Positions 20,028-31,748 of a stretch of 60,751 nt of DNA are shown here, one piece after another (the stretch's first letter is position 1; each line of letters begins with the position of its first letter). This DNA is from Pseudolabrys sp. (GTDB taxonomy: Bacteria; Pseudomonadota; Alphaproteobacteria; Rhizobiales; Xanthobacteraceae). The translations under genes were made by a program, and so were the position numbers. The stretch covers positions 1 through 60,751 of the forward strand of contig DATFVF010000083.1 of the NCBI GenBank assembly GCA_035260465.1, given 5' to 3'. The notes below the pieces were generated by a model, which was not told the DNA's origin, made no database searches, and saw only the letters and a list, made by a program, of their open reading frames with translations.

Positions 20028-21146
20028 ATGAAAGTTACAGTCGAGCGTACAGAGCTGCTGAAATCGCTGGGCCACGTCCATCGCGTGGTAGAGCGGCGCA
20101 ACACCATCCCGATTCTGGCAAACGTTCTGATCAAGGCCGACCGCGGCAAACTCAGCCTGAAGGCCACCGACCTCGACCTCGAGGTTACAGACTCAATCGC
20201 TGCAGAAGTGTCGCCCGGCGGTTCCACGACCGTGCCGGCCCACATGTTCTACGAGATCGTGCGCAAACTGCCCGAGGGCGCGCAGATCGTGGTCGAAGGT
20301 TCGGGCGATCGCGCCGTGCTTTCGTTGCGCGCGGGGCGTTCGCGCTTCACACTACAAACTCTGCCGGAAAGCGATTTCCCCGATCTTGCCGCCGGCGAAA
20401 TGAGCCACGCGTTCAAGGTCGCCGCCGCCGACCTGAAGCGGCTGATCGACAAGACCCAGTTCGCGATCTCGACCGAAGAGACGCGCTATTATCTCAATGG
20501 CATCTTTTTGCACACGGCGGGCACCGCAAAATCCGGGACCCTGCGCGCGGTGGCAACCGACGGACATCGTCTGGCTCAGGTCGAACTGCCGCTGCCGCAA
20601 GGCGCCGCCGGCATGCCCGGCATCATTGTGCCGCGCAAGACTGTGGCGGAGGTCCAGCGCCTGATCGAGACTGGTGAAGGCGAAGTCGCAGTCGAACTGT
20701 CGACTGGAAAAATCCGCTTCACGATCGGCAACGTGGTGCTCACATCAAAGCTGATCGACGGCACATTTCCGGACTACGCGCGGGTCATCCCCGTCAACAA
20801 CGACAAGAGCCTCGTGGTCGACAAAAAGGATTTCGAAGCCGCGGTCGATCGTGTGTCGACCGTATCGAGCGAGCGCGGGCGCGCGGTCAAGCTCTCGATC
20901 ACTGGCGGCCGGCTTGTGCTGTCGGTAACCAATCCCGACTCGGGCAGCGCCACCGAGGAGATCGAGGTTGAGTACGACTCCGAGCCGCTCGATATCGGTT
21001 TCAACTCACGCTACTTGCTCGATATTGCTGCCCAGATTGAAGGCGAAGTCGCCGTGCTCAAGCTCGCCGACCCCGGTTCGCCGACCTTGATCCAAGACAA
21101 GGACGCCAAGGGCGCCCTCTATGTTCTGATGCCGATGCGGGTGTAG
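20028..21146 (+). CDS. dnaN: DNA polymerase III beta clamp
   Basis: RRNTIPILANV, ETRYYLNG, ATDGHRL, IDGTFPDY and YVLMPMRV. Confidence 0.98.
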   Translation: MKVTVERTELLKSLGHVHRVVERRNTIPILANVLIKADRGKLSLKATDLDLEVTDSIAAEVSPGGSTTVPAHMFYEIVRKLPEGAQIVVEGSGDRAVLSLRAGRSRFTLQTLPESDFPDLAAGEMSHAFKVAAADLKRLIDKTQFAISTEETRYYLNGIFLHTAGTAKSGTLRAVATDGHRLAQVELPLPQGAAGMPGIIVPRKTVAEVQRLIETGEGEVAVELSTGKIRFTIGNVVLTSKLIDGTFPDYARVIPVNNDKSLVVDKKDFEAAVDRVSTVSSERGRAVKLSITGGRLVLSVTNPDSGSATEEIEVEYDSEPLDIGFNSRYLLDIAAQIEGEVAVLKLADPGSPTLIQDKDAKGALYVLMPMRV

Positions 21147-21168
21147 TTCAGGACACTGACTCAGTTGT

Positions 21169-21199
21169 CGTCATGCCCGGGACAAGCCGGGCCATGACG
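21169..21199. repeat. Collapsed GTCATG-type REP-like element
   Basis: CGTCATGCCCGG-GACAAG-CCGGGCCATGACG, matching the right arm of the 15739 element. Confidence 0.8.
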
Positions 21200-21214
21200 G
21201 TTAAAACGCCTGTC

Positions 21215-22372
21215 ATGGCTCCCGCTTTTGTCCGTCGTCTGACGCTCACCAATTTCCGCAGCTATCATGCCGCGCAGGTGTCGCTCGACCATGCGGGACC
21301 GGTGGTCCTCACCGGCGCGAACGGCGCCGGCAAAACCAATCTGATCGAGGCGATTTCATTGCTGGCCCCCGGCCGCGGCTTGCGGCGGGCCACAATGGAA
21401 GAACTCGCTTTCTCGGAAGGCGATGGCGCCTGGGCCGTTTCAGCTGAAATCGAAGGCATGCTGGGGCTCGCAACGCTCGGCACCGGTATCGATCCGCCGG
21501 CGAGCGAGGACTCTGCGCCCATTCGCAAATACCGGATCGACCGCGAAAGCGCGGGCTCGGCCGCGGCTTTCGCCGACCATCTGCGCGTGGTTTGGCTCAC
21601 GCCTGCCATGGATCCGCTATTCAACGGACCGGCTTCCGAACGCCGGCGTTTCCTAGACCGGCTGGTGCTGGCCGTCGACGCGCAACACGCGAGTCGCGTC
21701 GCCGCACTCGAACGTTCCCTGCGTTCGCGCAATCGTCTTCTCGAAGATTCACCGGGCGATTCACATTGGCTCGACGCCGTCGAGCATGAAACGGCGGAGG
21801 TTGCGGTCGCCGTCGCAGCCGCACGCGCGGAAACGGTCAATCGCCTATCGGCGGCGCTTGATGCTTCACGCAATGAGGCCCCGGAATTCCCGCAAGCCGA
21901 AATCGCGCTGCAAGGCTGGATGGAACAGCTTTTGCCCGATCACAGCGCGATCGAAATTGAGGACCGCTATCGCGGACTCTTGAAAGACAACCGCGCCCGC
22001 GACGCCGCCGCGGGCCGTACGCTCGACGGACCACATCTATCCGATCTTGCCGTCAGCCATGCCGCCAAGGACATTCCTGCCGCAGACGCCTCGACGGGCG
22101 AACAGAAGGCACTGCTGATCCGGCTGGTGCTCGCACATGCCGGCTTGATTAAACAGATGACGGGCTTCGCGCCGCTGCTGCTGCTTGACGAAGTTGTTGC
22201 CCATCTCGATCCGTTGCGGCGCGCGGCGCTCTATGACGCGCTTTCCTCGCTGGGCGCCCAAGTCTGGATGACGGGTGCCGATCCGGCAGCTTTCGGCGAC
22301 CTCGCCGGTCGTGCACATTTATTCGTTGTGCGCGACGGCGCCGTAGAACCTGCACCCAAGGAGTTCCATTAG
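21215..22372 (+). CDS. recF: DNA replication/repair protein RecF
   Basis: NFRSY, GANGAGKTN, RRRFLDR, GPHLSD, STGEQK and LLLDEVVAHLD. Confidence 0.96.
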   Translation: MAPAFVRRLTLTNFRSYHAAQVSLDHAGPVVLTGANGAGKTNLIEAISLLAPGRGLRRATMEELAFSEGDGAWAVSAEIEGMLGLATLGTGIDPPASEDSAPIRKYRIDRESAGSAAAFADHLRVVWLTPAMDPLFNGPASERRRFLDRLVLAVDAQHASRVAALERSLRSRNRLLEDSPGDSHWLDAVEHETAEVAVAVAAARAETVNRLSAALDASRNEAPEFPQAEIALQGWMEQLLPDHSAIEIEDRYRGLLKDNRARDAAAGRTLDGPHLSDLAVSHAAKDIPAADASTGEQKALLIRLVLAHAGLIKQMTGFAPLLLLDEVVAHLDPLRRAALYDALSSLGAQVWMTGADPAAFGDLAGRAHLFVVRDGAVEPAPKEFH

Positions 22373-22420
22373 GAACACTCACGATTTTTTAATCGAATTG
22401 CGATCAATTATTCGAAAATA

Positions 22421-22445
22421 GGAACCATCGCCGAGCAACGGCCTT
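22421..22445 (+). promoter_or_regulatory. Candidate EcfG/RpoE2 general-stress promoter
   Basis: GGAAC-N18-TT, about 30 nt upstream of small ORF 22478. Confidence 0.4.
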
Positions 22446-22477
22446 TACCCCCAAGGTACTGTGAGCACGTGGCTATT

Positions 22478-22675
22478 ATGACGACGCAAGCGGCAATTGA
22501 GCGGGTGAAGAGCGAACTCAATCTCGCCTTTGATAAAACGCGGGCCGATCTCGACCGCATCGAGATTCTGGCGGCGGGTCTCGCTGCGTTCAATAAACCG
22601 ATTCCAAATTACGAACCCCGGTTCCAGCACTTGCGGCGCGCGACCATCAAGGCAAAAGAATTGACGTCCGAATAA
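22478..22675 (+). CDS. Small hypothetical protein (65 aa, helical)
   Basis: Protein-like composition, fills the recF-ClC gap, promoter-like motif upstream. Confidence 0.65.
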   Translation: MTTQAAIERVKSELNLAFDKTRADLDRIEILAAGLAAFNKPIPNYEPRFQHLRRATIKAKELTSE

Positions 22676-22726
22676 CGTCGGCGTCATTGGCTGCGTGCAT
22701 TCCGGTAGCCAAAATTTGCGGCGGGT

Positions 22727-24484
22727 TCAGGTTTCTCCCAGCAACTCGCGCCGCTGGCGCTCCGAGGCATCCGAATAGCGGCGCAACGCGTGCGCCTCGC
22801 TCAGCAACCCGGTTACTTGGCGGCGCTCCACGGAATCGACCACCGCCAGCGTTTCCGCCTCATACCGATCGAAAGCAGCGACTGCCTCTCGCGCCGTCAT
22901 CTGCGGCAATAACACATGGTCGGACTGGTGCAGAATAGCCCGAACGGACGCGGTCGCAGCAAGTTCAGCCGCGTGCGCTTCCGCAACGATGACCATTCCG
23001 GCATAGCGGCCGTCTTCGTCCACCGCGACAACCTGGTTGGTCGAGCCAAGGGGGAAGGCCTCGCGAAAGGCTGCGATCGGCGATTCCACCGGAGTGGTGC
23101 GCACGTCCGATCGCATCATCTGGGCGACGGTGAGATCGCGAATCCATCCGACGTCCGCCGCGCTGCGAATGGTCTCGCCGCGCAGATGGAAGCGCCAGGT
23201 AGCGAAAGAATAACCGAAGAATTCTCGTGTCACCTGCATGGCAATGATCGCCGCAATCACCACCGCGGTGGTCAACCAGAGATCGCCCGTGGTTTCGAGC
23301 GCGATGAAGGTCATCGTCAGTGGTCCGCCGATGACGGAGACCGACAGCGCGCACATACCAATGACGGCATAAGTATCCGGATCAAGGTGCAAGCCTGGCC
23401 ATGCCGCATTGAGTCCGAATGCGAATAATTGCCCGCCGAGCGCGCCCAACAGCAGCGAGGCAAAGAAAAGGCCACCTCGAAAGCCGGAGCCGAGCGAGAC
23501 CATCGACGCAAGTGACTTCAATACAAAGATAGCTGCGATCGCCGCGAGCGGCAGCTTGAAGATGCCGGCTAAGTGCAGCGCACCGTGGCCGGATGACATC
23601 ACTTGCGGCGACAGAATCGCCAACAAGCCTACAAGCGCGCCGCCGATCATCGGCCGCAGCGCCGGCTTCACCTTGAGCCGTGTGAACAGCAACTCGCAGG
23701 CGGCGACACCGCGCATGAGAGCGATACCGAATATAGCGGCGAGCACACCAACGAAAGCAGCCACCACGACGTCATGGACTGCGAGGTTCGCTACTGCGCC
23801 GGTCTCGATGCCGAGCCGGTCTGGTGTAAAGACCCGCGCGGTCAGATATCCAACCAATGACGCCAAGCCGACCGGCGCCAGCGAGGCAATCGAGTAGCTG
23901 CCGATAATCAACTCGAAGCCGTAGAAAGCGCCACCGAGCGGGGCGCCGAAGGCACCAGCGATCGCGGCGGCCGCGCCGCAACCAACGAGAATACGCATGT
24001 CGCTACGGCGCAGGCGAAATGAGCGGCCAATCGCCGATGCAATGCCGCTGGCAAGTTGCGTGTAACCGGCCTCCAGGCCGACCGAAGCGCCGATGCCGCT
24101 CGACCAGACTGTTTGTGCTGCCACGATCAGGCTGCCGCGCATCGACATGCGGCCCCCATGCAACGCATTGGCCTCAATCGGGTCAACTTCGGTACCGCGC
24201 CGGCGCGTGATGTAGGCAGTGACGAGGCCGAACAGCAGGCCGCCGAGGCAAGGTGGCACAAATGCGTGAAGCGGATCGAGCGATACGCGCCCCGACAGTC
24301 GCTCGCCGGGGTCGAGCCCGAAAAAAACTTGATGCATGAGTCCGACGGCTTCGCCCATGGCGGCAACCGCCAGGCCGGCGATTGCACCGATTATGACAGC
24401 CAAGACGATGACGCTCGATTCCCGCGCGCGCACAATGGCACGCAGGCGGTGCGGGACTTCGAGCGGCCGGCTGAGAAAGCGCAT
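22727..24484 (-). CDS. ClC family chloride channel/antiporter with C-terminal CBS pair
   Basis: GASVGLEAG, GCGAAAAIAGAFGAPLGG, GFRGGLF, GGPLT, multiple TMs, soluble CBS-like tail. Confidence 0.92.
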   Translation of the reverse strand: MRFLSRPLEVPHRLRAIVRARESSVIVLAVIIGAIAGLAVAAMGEAVGLMHQVFFGLDPGERLSGRVSLDPLHAFVPPCLGGLLFGLVTAYITRRRGTEVDPIEANALHGGRMSMRGSLIVAAQTVWSSGIGASVGLEAGYTQLASGIASAIGRSFRLRRSDMRILVGCGAAAAIAGAFGAPLGGAFYGFELIIGSYSIASLAPVGLASLVGYLTARVFTPDRLGIETGAVANLAVHDVVVAAFVGVLAAIFGIALMRGVAACELLFTRLKVKPALRPMIGGALVGLLAILSPQVMSSGHGALHLAGIFKLPLAAIAAIFVLKSLASMVSLGSGFRGGLFFASLLLGALGGQLFAFGLNAAWPGLHLDPDTYAVIGMCALSVSVIGGPLTMTFIALETTGDLWLTTAVVIAAIIAMQVTREFFGYSFATWRFHLRGETIRSAADVGWIRDLTVAQMMRSDVRTTPVESPIAAFREAFPLGSTNQVVAVDEDGRYAGMVIVAEAHAAELAATASVRAILHQSDHVLLPQMTAREAVAAFDRYEAETLAVVDSVERRQVTGLLSEAHALRRYSDASERQRRELLGET

Positions 24485-24709
24485 GAGAAGCAAATTCAAT
24501 CAACGGAGATGCCAATGGCTTAAATGCCATGCCTTGCCACGGTGCAAGCGCGGGGATTCAACGCATCAAAACGCCACTTTGATTGTCGCGCCTCAGGCCT
24601 ATTTCTGGTGCGTATTTGGAGGCGTGATTCGGACCAAAAATGAGGTGAAAAAAGTGGGGATTTCTGACCCTGCTCCTCTTTAAAAAATGCTGCTAAATCA
24701 ACATATTAA

Positions 24710-27232
<2,523 letters not shown>

Positions 27233-27263
27233 CGTTCGCCGCAGGCGAGCGATCAGGCCAATA

Positions 27264-27653
27264 TCAGTTGCAGATTTTCTCGACGCCGCGGACCCAGCCA
27301 CCGCGGCCGTCAGCGATCGGTACTTCTTTCCAATAGCACCCGCCATAACTGGCGTAATAGCCGTAGCATCCGCCGAGTGCGCAACCGCGCGTCCACGGCA
27401 GATAGCCGATGTAGCTCAGCGCCGCATGGTAAGTGTTCGGGCCGACAAGACGGTCGCAATCGCCGCAATAAGGAACCTGTTCAGCGACTCGTATACCGGG
27501 TCCGAAACGCTCGTCGCGGCCACAGCAGTCGCCGCCGTACAAAACTTGCGAATGCGAGCGATACGAATAGCGGGAAAGGTCGGCGGCGTTCGCCTGTCTA
27601 CCGAGCGATACGAACAGGCCTAACGCCAGCATGGCCAAAACGATGATACGCAT
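27264..27653 (-). CDS. Small secreted Cys/Gly/Tyr-rich hypothetical protein
   Basis: Signal peptide MRIIVLAMLALGLFVSLGRQANA, then about 106 aa with 8 Cys. The longer ORF-track start overlaps the DUF1328 gene and is rejected. Confidence 0.72.
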   Translation of the reverse strand: MRIIVLAMLALGLFVSLGRQANAADLSRYSYRSHSQVLYGGDCCGRDERFGPGIRVAEQVPYCGDCDRLVGPNTYHAALSYIGYLPWTRGCALGGCYGYYASYGGCYWKEVPIADGRGGWVRGVEKICN

Positions 27654-27745
27654 GAGTGTCACCCTGAGGATCTGACGAGAATCATATCCGGCACAGCCCG
27701 AAAGATTGCGAAGAAAATCCGCGCGCAATTGCTGAAAATTGTTCG

Positions 27746-27922
27746 TCATATGGTAAGCTTTGCGCCGATCGTCAGGCCAATGACGAGCGCGCCCAGGAAC
27801 AGCACGAGGAAAATACCGAAAAGCCATTGCGCGATCGTGGCCGACGCGGCTTCCACATCGGTGAAGCCGAAAACTCCTGCAATCACCGCGATAATCAGAA
27901 AAACAAAGGCCCATTTCAGCAT
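27746..27922 (-). CDS. DUF1328/UPF0391 (YtjA-like) small membrane protein, 58 aa, absent from the ORF track
   Basis: Hand translation: MLKWAFVFLIIAVIAGVFGFTDVEAASATIAQWLFGIFLVLFLGALVIGLTIGAKLTI. GAGGAG RBS. Confidence 0.9.
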   Translation of the reverse strand: MLKWAFVFLIIAVIAGVFGFTDVEAASATIAQWLFGIFLVLFLGALVIGLTIGAKLTI

Positions 27923-27955
27923 TGGCGGCTCTCCTCGACCGGATTTCGCCCCGAT

Positions 27956-27981
27956 AATGAGCAGGACGGCCGTGAAGTTCC
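27956..27981 (-). promoter_or_regulatory. Candidate EcfG/RpoE2 general-stress promoter
   Basis: GGAAC-N17-CATT on the minus strand, 34 nt before the DUF1328 ATG. Confidence 0.6.
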
Positions 27982-27985
27982 ATCC

Positions 27986-28861
27986 TTAAGTCGAAGGTTT
28001 GGGAGCGCGCGTCCGCGGGTCGCGTGGTAGCCAGCCGCCACTATCGACGCGGTAAAGAAAATCACCGACGACCTGGTTAAAAAGGTCCGGTTCTTCCAGA
28101 TTCACCGCATGACCGGTTTTGGGAAAAACCACCAAACCAGAAGCGGGGACGGCATCCTTCAGGAACAGCCCCGGCTCAATGCATCGCTCGTCCTCATCGC
28201 CGACCACAATCAGCGCCGGAGTGGCCAGCTTCCGGATCTCAGCCTCGAAATCATAAAGAGAAGGCCGCGCGCCCTGAAAGCCGCGCGACATATGGGCGGA
28301 CCCTTGCGCGTCGTGCTCCGCCAGCTGTTTGGCAAATTCCGCAAATCCGCGTCGGTCCTTGAGCTCGAACGGGATGCGGCTGGGGCTGCGGCCGTAAGTT
28401 TGCGCCACGGCTGTAGAACCCTCACGCTCGAATTGGTCGGCAAGCTCGCGCGAACGCCGATGGAATTCCTTGGTGTACCAGCGCTCGCTGCCTGAACCGG
28501 CGCCGGCGAGCACCAGCGAGCGCACACGTCCAGGAAGGTTGAGGGCAACCTGTAACGCTGTGTAGCCACCCATCGACAGGCCGATCAGGTGTGGTTGTTC
28601 AATCTTCAGGTGATCGAGCACGGCGACGGCATCGCGCATAACAAGCTGATAGCTGTATGCGCTCGCGTCTGTCGGAACATCGGAGGGTTTATAGCCGCGC
28701 GCGGCATAGACGATGCAGCGGTAACGTTTGCCGAATTCGCGGAGCTGCGGTTCCCAGCTACGATGGTCGCCGGCAAATTCATGCACGAACAGGATCGGCG
28801 TGCCTTGCCCGACCTCTTCGTAATAAAGCTTCACTTTGTCCGAAGTATTCACATAGGGCAT
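27986..28861 (-). CDS. Alpha/beta fold hydrolase
   Basis: LFVHEFAG, GLSMGG nucleophile elbow, VGDED and GHAVNLEEP. Confidence 0.92.
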   Translation of the reverse strand: MPYVNTSDKVKLYYEEVGQGTPILFVHEFAGDHRSWEPQLREFGKRYRCIVYAARGYKPSDVPTDASAYSYQLVMRDAVAVLDHLKIEQPHLIGLSMGGYTALQVALNLPGRVRSLVLAGAGSGSERWYTKEFHRRSRELADQFEREGSTAVAQTYGRSPSRIPFELKDRRGFAEFAKQLAEHDAQGSAHMSRGFQGARPSLYDFEAEIRKLATPALIVVGDEDERCIEPGLFLKDAVPASGLVVFPKTGHAVNLEEPDLFNQVVGDFLYRVDSGGWLPRDPRTRAPKPST

Positions 28862-28910
28862 TCGAAAACGTCCTGTTGGCTTAGGTGCTCACACCAGCAA
28901 ATGAAGCCGG

Positions 28911-29534
28911 TCAGCTTCGTGGCATTCCCTGAACCCTCATCGCAATGCGCACCAGATCCGCAATATTGCGGGCGCCGATACGCTCCATCACCCAGGCGCG
29001 ATGATTTTCCACAGTCTTTGGGCTGATTTTGAGTTGCGATCCGATTTCTTTATTCGACAACCCGGCGACGGCCAGTTCCATGACCTGGCGTTGCCGGACT
29101 GATAACGTCTCGAAACGGGATTGCAACTTTTGTAGTTCAGCTGCGTCGATTTCAGGTTGCAGTTTCTTTTCAATTGCATTGTGGATGCTGGCGAGCAGGC
29201 GAGCTTCGTCGAATGGCTTTTCGATGAAATCGAATGCGCCAATCTTGATGGCGGCGACAGCCATATCGACGTCACCGTGTCCGGTGATTAGAACAACCGG
29301 AACACCGGTCCCACCGCCTTTTAGGCGGTGAACAAGATCCAGACCGGACATTCCGGGCATACGGACGTCCGAGACAACGCAATCGAATCGCTGTCCGCTC
29401 TCGACCGCAGCCAGAAAATCTTTCGAAGACGCGAAACAAGATGTTTCAATGTTCTGACGGACGAAATAGAGGCGCAGCGAGTCGAGCACCGCCTCATCGT
29501 CGTCAATGACCGCGATGTGAATAAGAGTGCTCAT
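28911..29534 (-). CDS. FixJ/NodW family response regulator (REC + LuxR HTH)
   Basis: IDDD, SDVRMPGMSG, ITGHGD, IEKP and GLSNKEIG...SPKTVENHRA. Confidence 0.93.
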   Translation of the reverse strand: MSTLIHIAVIDDDEAVLDSLRLYFVRQNIETSCFASSKDFLAAVESGQRFDCVVSDVRMPGMSGLDLVHRLKGGGTGVPVVLITGHGDVDMAVAAIKIGAFDFIEKPFDEARLLASIHNAIEKKLQPEIDAAELQKLQSRFETLSVRQRQVMELAVAGLSNKEIGSQLKISPKTVENHRAWVMERIGARNIADLVRIAMRVQGMPRS

Positions 29535-31168
29535 GCCTGGGCCGCTTTCGCGATGGGCAGGGTAAAGTGGACGGCGCCCCCCGGCGAGCTGTCACCAAGC
29601 CATAACTTGCCACCATGGGCTTCGACGATCGACCGGCACAGCGGCAATCCAATACCGAGCCCCTCGGCTTTGCTGGAAGACAGGGGAAGAAATGCGCTTT
29701 CGAGAAGCTGCGGTGGAAAGCCTGGTCCGGTATCGACTACACGAACTTCGATCAAGTCGGCATCGAAATTTCTTGCCTCGATCAGGATAGCGCCACGCGG
29801 GGTTCTGCTTTCGCCGATCGCTTCGATCGCGTTGCGTAGGAGATTGATCAGGACCTGCTCGATCTGCAGGAGGTCAACCATGACTCGCGGGAGATCGGGG
29901 GCAATAGTGGTCCGGGCGGTCACACGCATGCGGTCGAGGTCCGGTTGGCATAGTTCGATTGTTTCCTCTGCAATCTGCTCGACTCTGCACGGCTCACGAT
30001 TGCTACGATCGAGCCGAACGAGGGCGCGCAGGTGGCGCACAACCTCAGCGGCGCGTTCAACCTGAGCCACCGCCTTTTTCGCGGTCTCGGCAACCGTCAC
30101 GACATCGACGGGTGCCGTACTGATCGCTTCGTTTACCAGCCGTGCGTAGGTGCCCGCCGCCATGAGGGGCTGATTAAGCTCATGTGCAACTGCTGCCGCG
30201 AGTTCTCCCATGCTGGCAAGGCGCGCAAGACGCGAATGCGATTCTTGCTGCAAACGCAATTGCGCCTCGGTTCGCCGCCGTTCCGTGACCAATTCGCCAG
30301 CAACTAAACCGGTCACGGCCAGGACGAGCATCAGCGCCTGGAAAGCCGTCACGCCGAACGTCCCCGCCGGGAAAAGCTGAATACCGAGAATCAATCCAAG
30401 TTGCGTGATCAGAATTCCGACGCTGACGCCTTCCGAGCCTGTCCGTACGGCAAGCCAGACAATCGGCAGGAAGAGAACATAGAACAGTTGAAATTGCTGT
30501 TCTTGTGCCAGACCGAATACCAGAGCCAAGGCTACGCCAATTGCAACAAATTGCAGCATAGTCTCGGTCGTCATCGGCAGCACGCGCCGGCGCGTCAATA
30601 CGAATAGCGCGAACGGGGTAATCACCGCGATGCCGATGACGTCGCCCACCCAATAGCGCAGCGTCGCCGCCGCAAAGTCCGCGCTCGGCAACAACCCTGC
30701 GGCAATTGTCAGGCTGACGTATCCGATTGCGACGAAAGCTGCGCTCACGACCGCAACGACCATCAAGAGAACAAGATCGTGCATCGAGTCGAGCGTGGGT
30801 TCAAACCGCAACTTCGGATGCAATAAAAATGTCAATGCGATCGAATAGCCGCCGCCGACCAATGCCGAAGCAAGGATCTCGACCTGCCACGGCATCGCGA
30901 ACTGTTGATTCACGTGGTCCGCGAGCAGAGGGCTGATGAGCAAGAACGGAATCATTCGAAGGCCAAACAGCAGGAGCAGAGCAAAGCTCAAACCGGTGCC
31001 GGGATTCCAAGCCGTGATTCCTAGATGCGCGTAAGGCTCGATGAAGCTGATCCAATCGAGCGCCGCATAAGCCACAAGGTAGACGACTCCGACGAAAATC
31101 TTGTTGGCGTCGAATACGCGCGGGAAAGCCATCGCTCGCAATCGCTCCACCTGGGCTCTGCTGGTCAT
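29531..31168 (-). CDS. Membrane sensor histidine kinase (MASE1-like input, FixL-type kinase core)
   Basis: About 8 TM N-terminus, AHELNQPL H-box, QVLINLLRNA, DTGPG and GLGIGL. Overlaps the regulator start. Confidence 0.92.
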   Translation of the reverse strand: MTSRAQVERLRAMAFPRVFDANKIFVGVVYLVAYAALDWISFIEPYAHLGITAWNPGTGLSFALLLLFGLRMIPFLLISPLLADHVNQQFAMPWQVEILASALVGGGYSIALTFLLHPKLRFEPTLDSMHDLVLLMVVAVVSAAFVAIGYVSLTIAAGLLPSADFAAATLRYWVGDVIGIAVITPFALFVLTRRRVLPMTTETMLQFVAIGVALALVFGLAQEQQFQLFYVLFLPIVWLAVRTGSEGVSVGILITQLGLILGIQLFPAGTFGVTAFQALMLVLAVTGLVAGELVTERRRTEAQLRLQQESHSRLARLASMGELAAAVAHELNQPLMAAGTYARLVNEAISTAPVDVVTVAETAKKAVAQVERAAEVVRHLRALVRLDRSNREPCRVEQIAEETIELCQPDLDRMRVTARTTIAPDLPRVMVDLLQIEQVLINLLRNAIEAIGESRTPRGAILIEARNFDADLIEVRVVDTGPGFPPQLLESAFLPLSSSKAEGLGIGLPLCRSIVEAHGGKLWLGDSSPGGAVHFTLPIAKAAQA

Positions 31169-31197
31169 GAATGTTTAGACCTTTCCGGCAATTGCAC

Positions 31198-31255
31198 CCC
31201 GGATATTAATCCCTAGGTCAAAATACCCAAGTGGGCTGACCCGGGTATTCATCCC
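31198..31255. promoter_or_regulatory. 16-bp direct repeat, 42 bp apart, candidate response-regulator operator
   Basis: CCCGGATATTAATCCC (31198-31213) and CCCGGGTATTCATCCC (31240-31255). Confidence 0.5.
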
Positions 31256-31313
31256 GAATTGTAGGCAAATTCGGCGTCCCTATTCTCGCGCTACGACAAT
31301 CTGCTTTGCGGCA

Positions 31314-31727
31314 TTGCGGACAAGGATCGTGCCGAACCGAAAACCATTGAATGTAATATCCCACGTCAGCGCGGGTTACGTTCGATCGTGGAGAGCAAAG
31401 GACCGCCCGCAATTACAGCCGTGGCGTAGCCCCGGCGGACCCACGGGAAATTCGAACACGCGCGTTTCCATCAGCTTTGTCCTGGTCAACTGGGCCGGGC
31501 TCGTCGCGCTATGGGCACTCCCGTATCTCACGCTACTCGATCATCTCCGCTTTGACGCGGCGCGGTCTGAAGTCCTGCAATGGTCGCTGCTGATCATCGG
31601 CGCTCTCGGACTCGTCAGCATTCTCTACACGGCATGGAAGGAAACGCTCGATCCCGTATGGCGCGCCCGGCACGGGTCCCCGCCCCACAAGCGACCGCAT
31701 CGTCCGAATACCAGAAACGTCGCGTAA
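31314..31727 (+). CDS. Possible small 2-TM hypothetical protein (start uncertain)
   Basis: Two hydrophobic segments, ends 21 nt before the TerC-family gene. No ATG start. Confidence 0.4.
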   Translation: MRTRIVPNRKPLNVISHVSAGYVRSWRAKDRPQLQPWRSPGGPTGNSNTRVSISFVLVNWAGLVALWALPYLTLLDHLRFDAARSEVLQWSLLIIGALGLVSILYTAWKETLDPVWRARHGSPPHKRPHRPNTRNVA

Positions 31728-31748
31728 TCAATTCCGCAGGGATCGCGA

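Noticed and set aside
27654-27983. N-terminal 110 aa of the 239-aa ORF 27264-27983
   Set aside because: Overlaps the real DUF1328 gene in another frame; the signal peptide begins at 27653.
28911-31168. Calling the two-component pair fixLJ
   Set aside because: The kinase lacks PAS/heme domains, and no fixK or fixNOQP genes are nearby.
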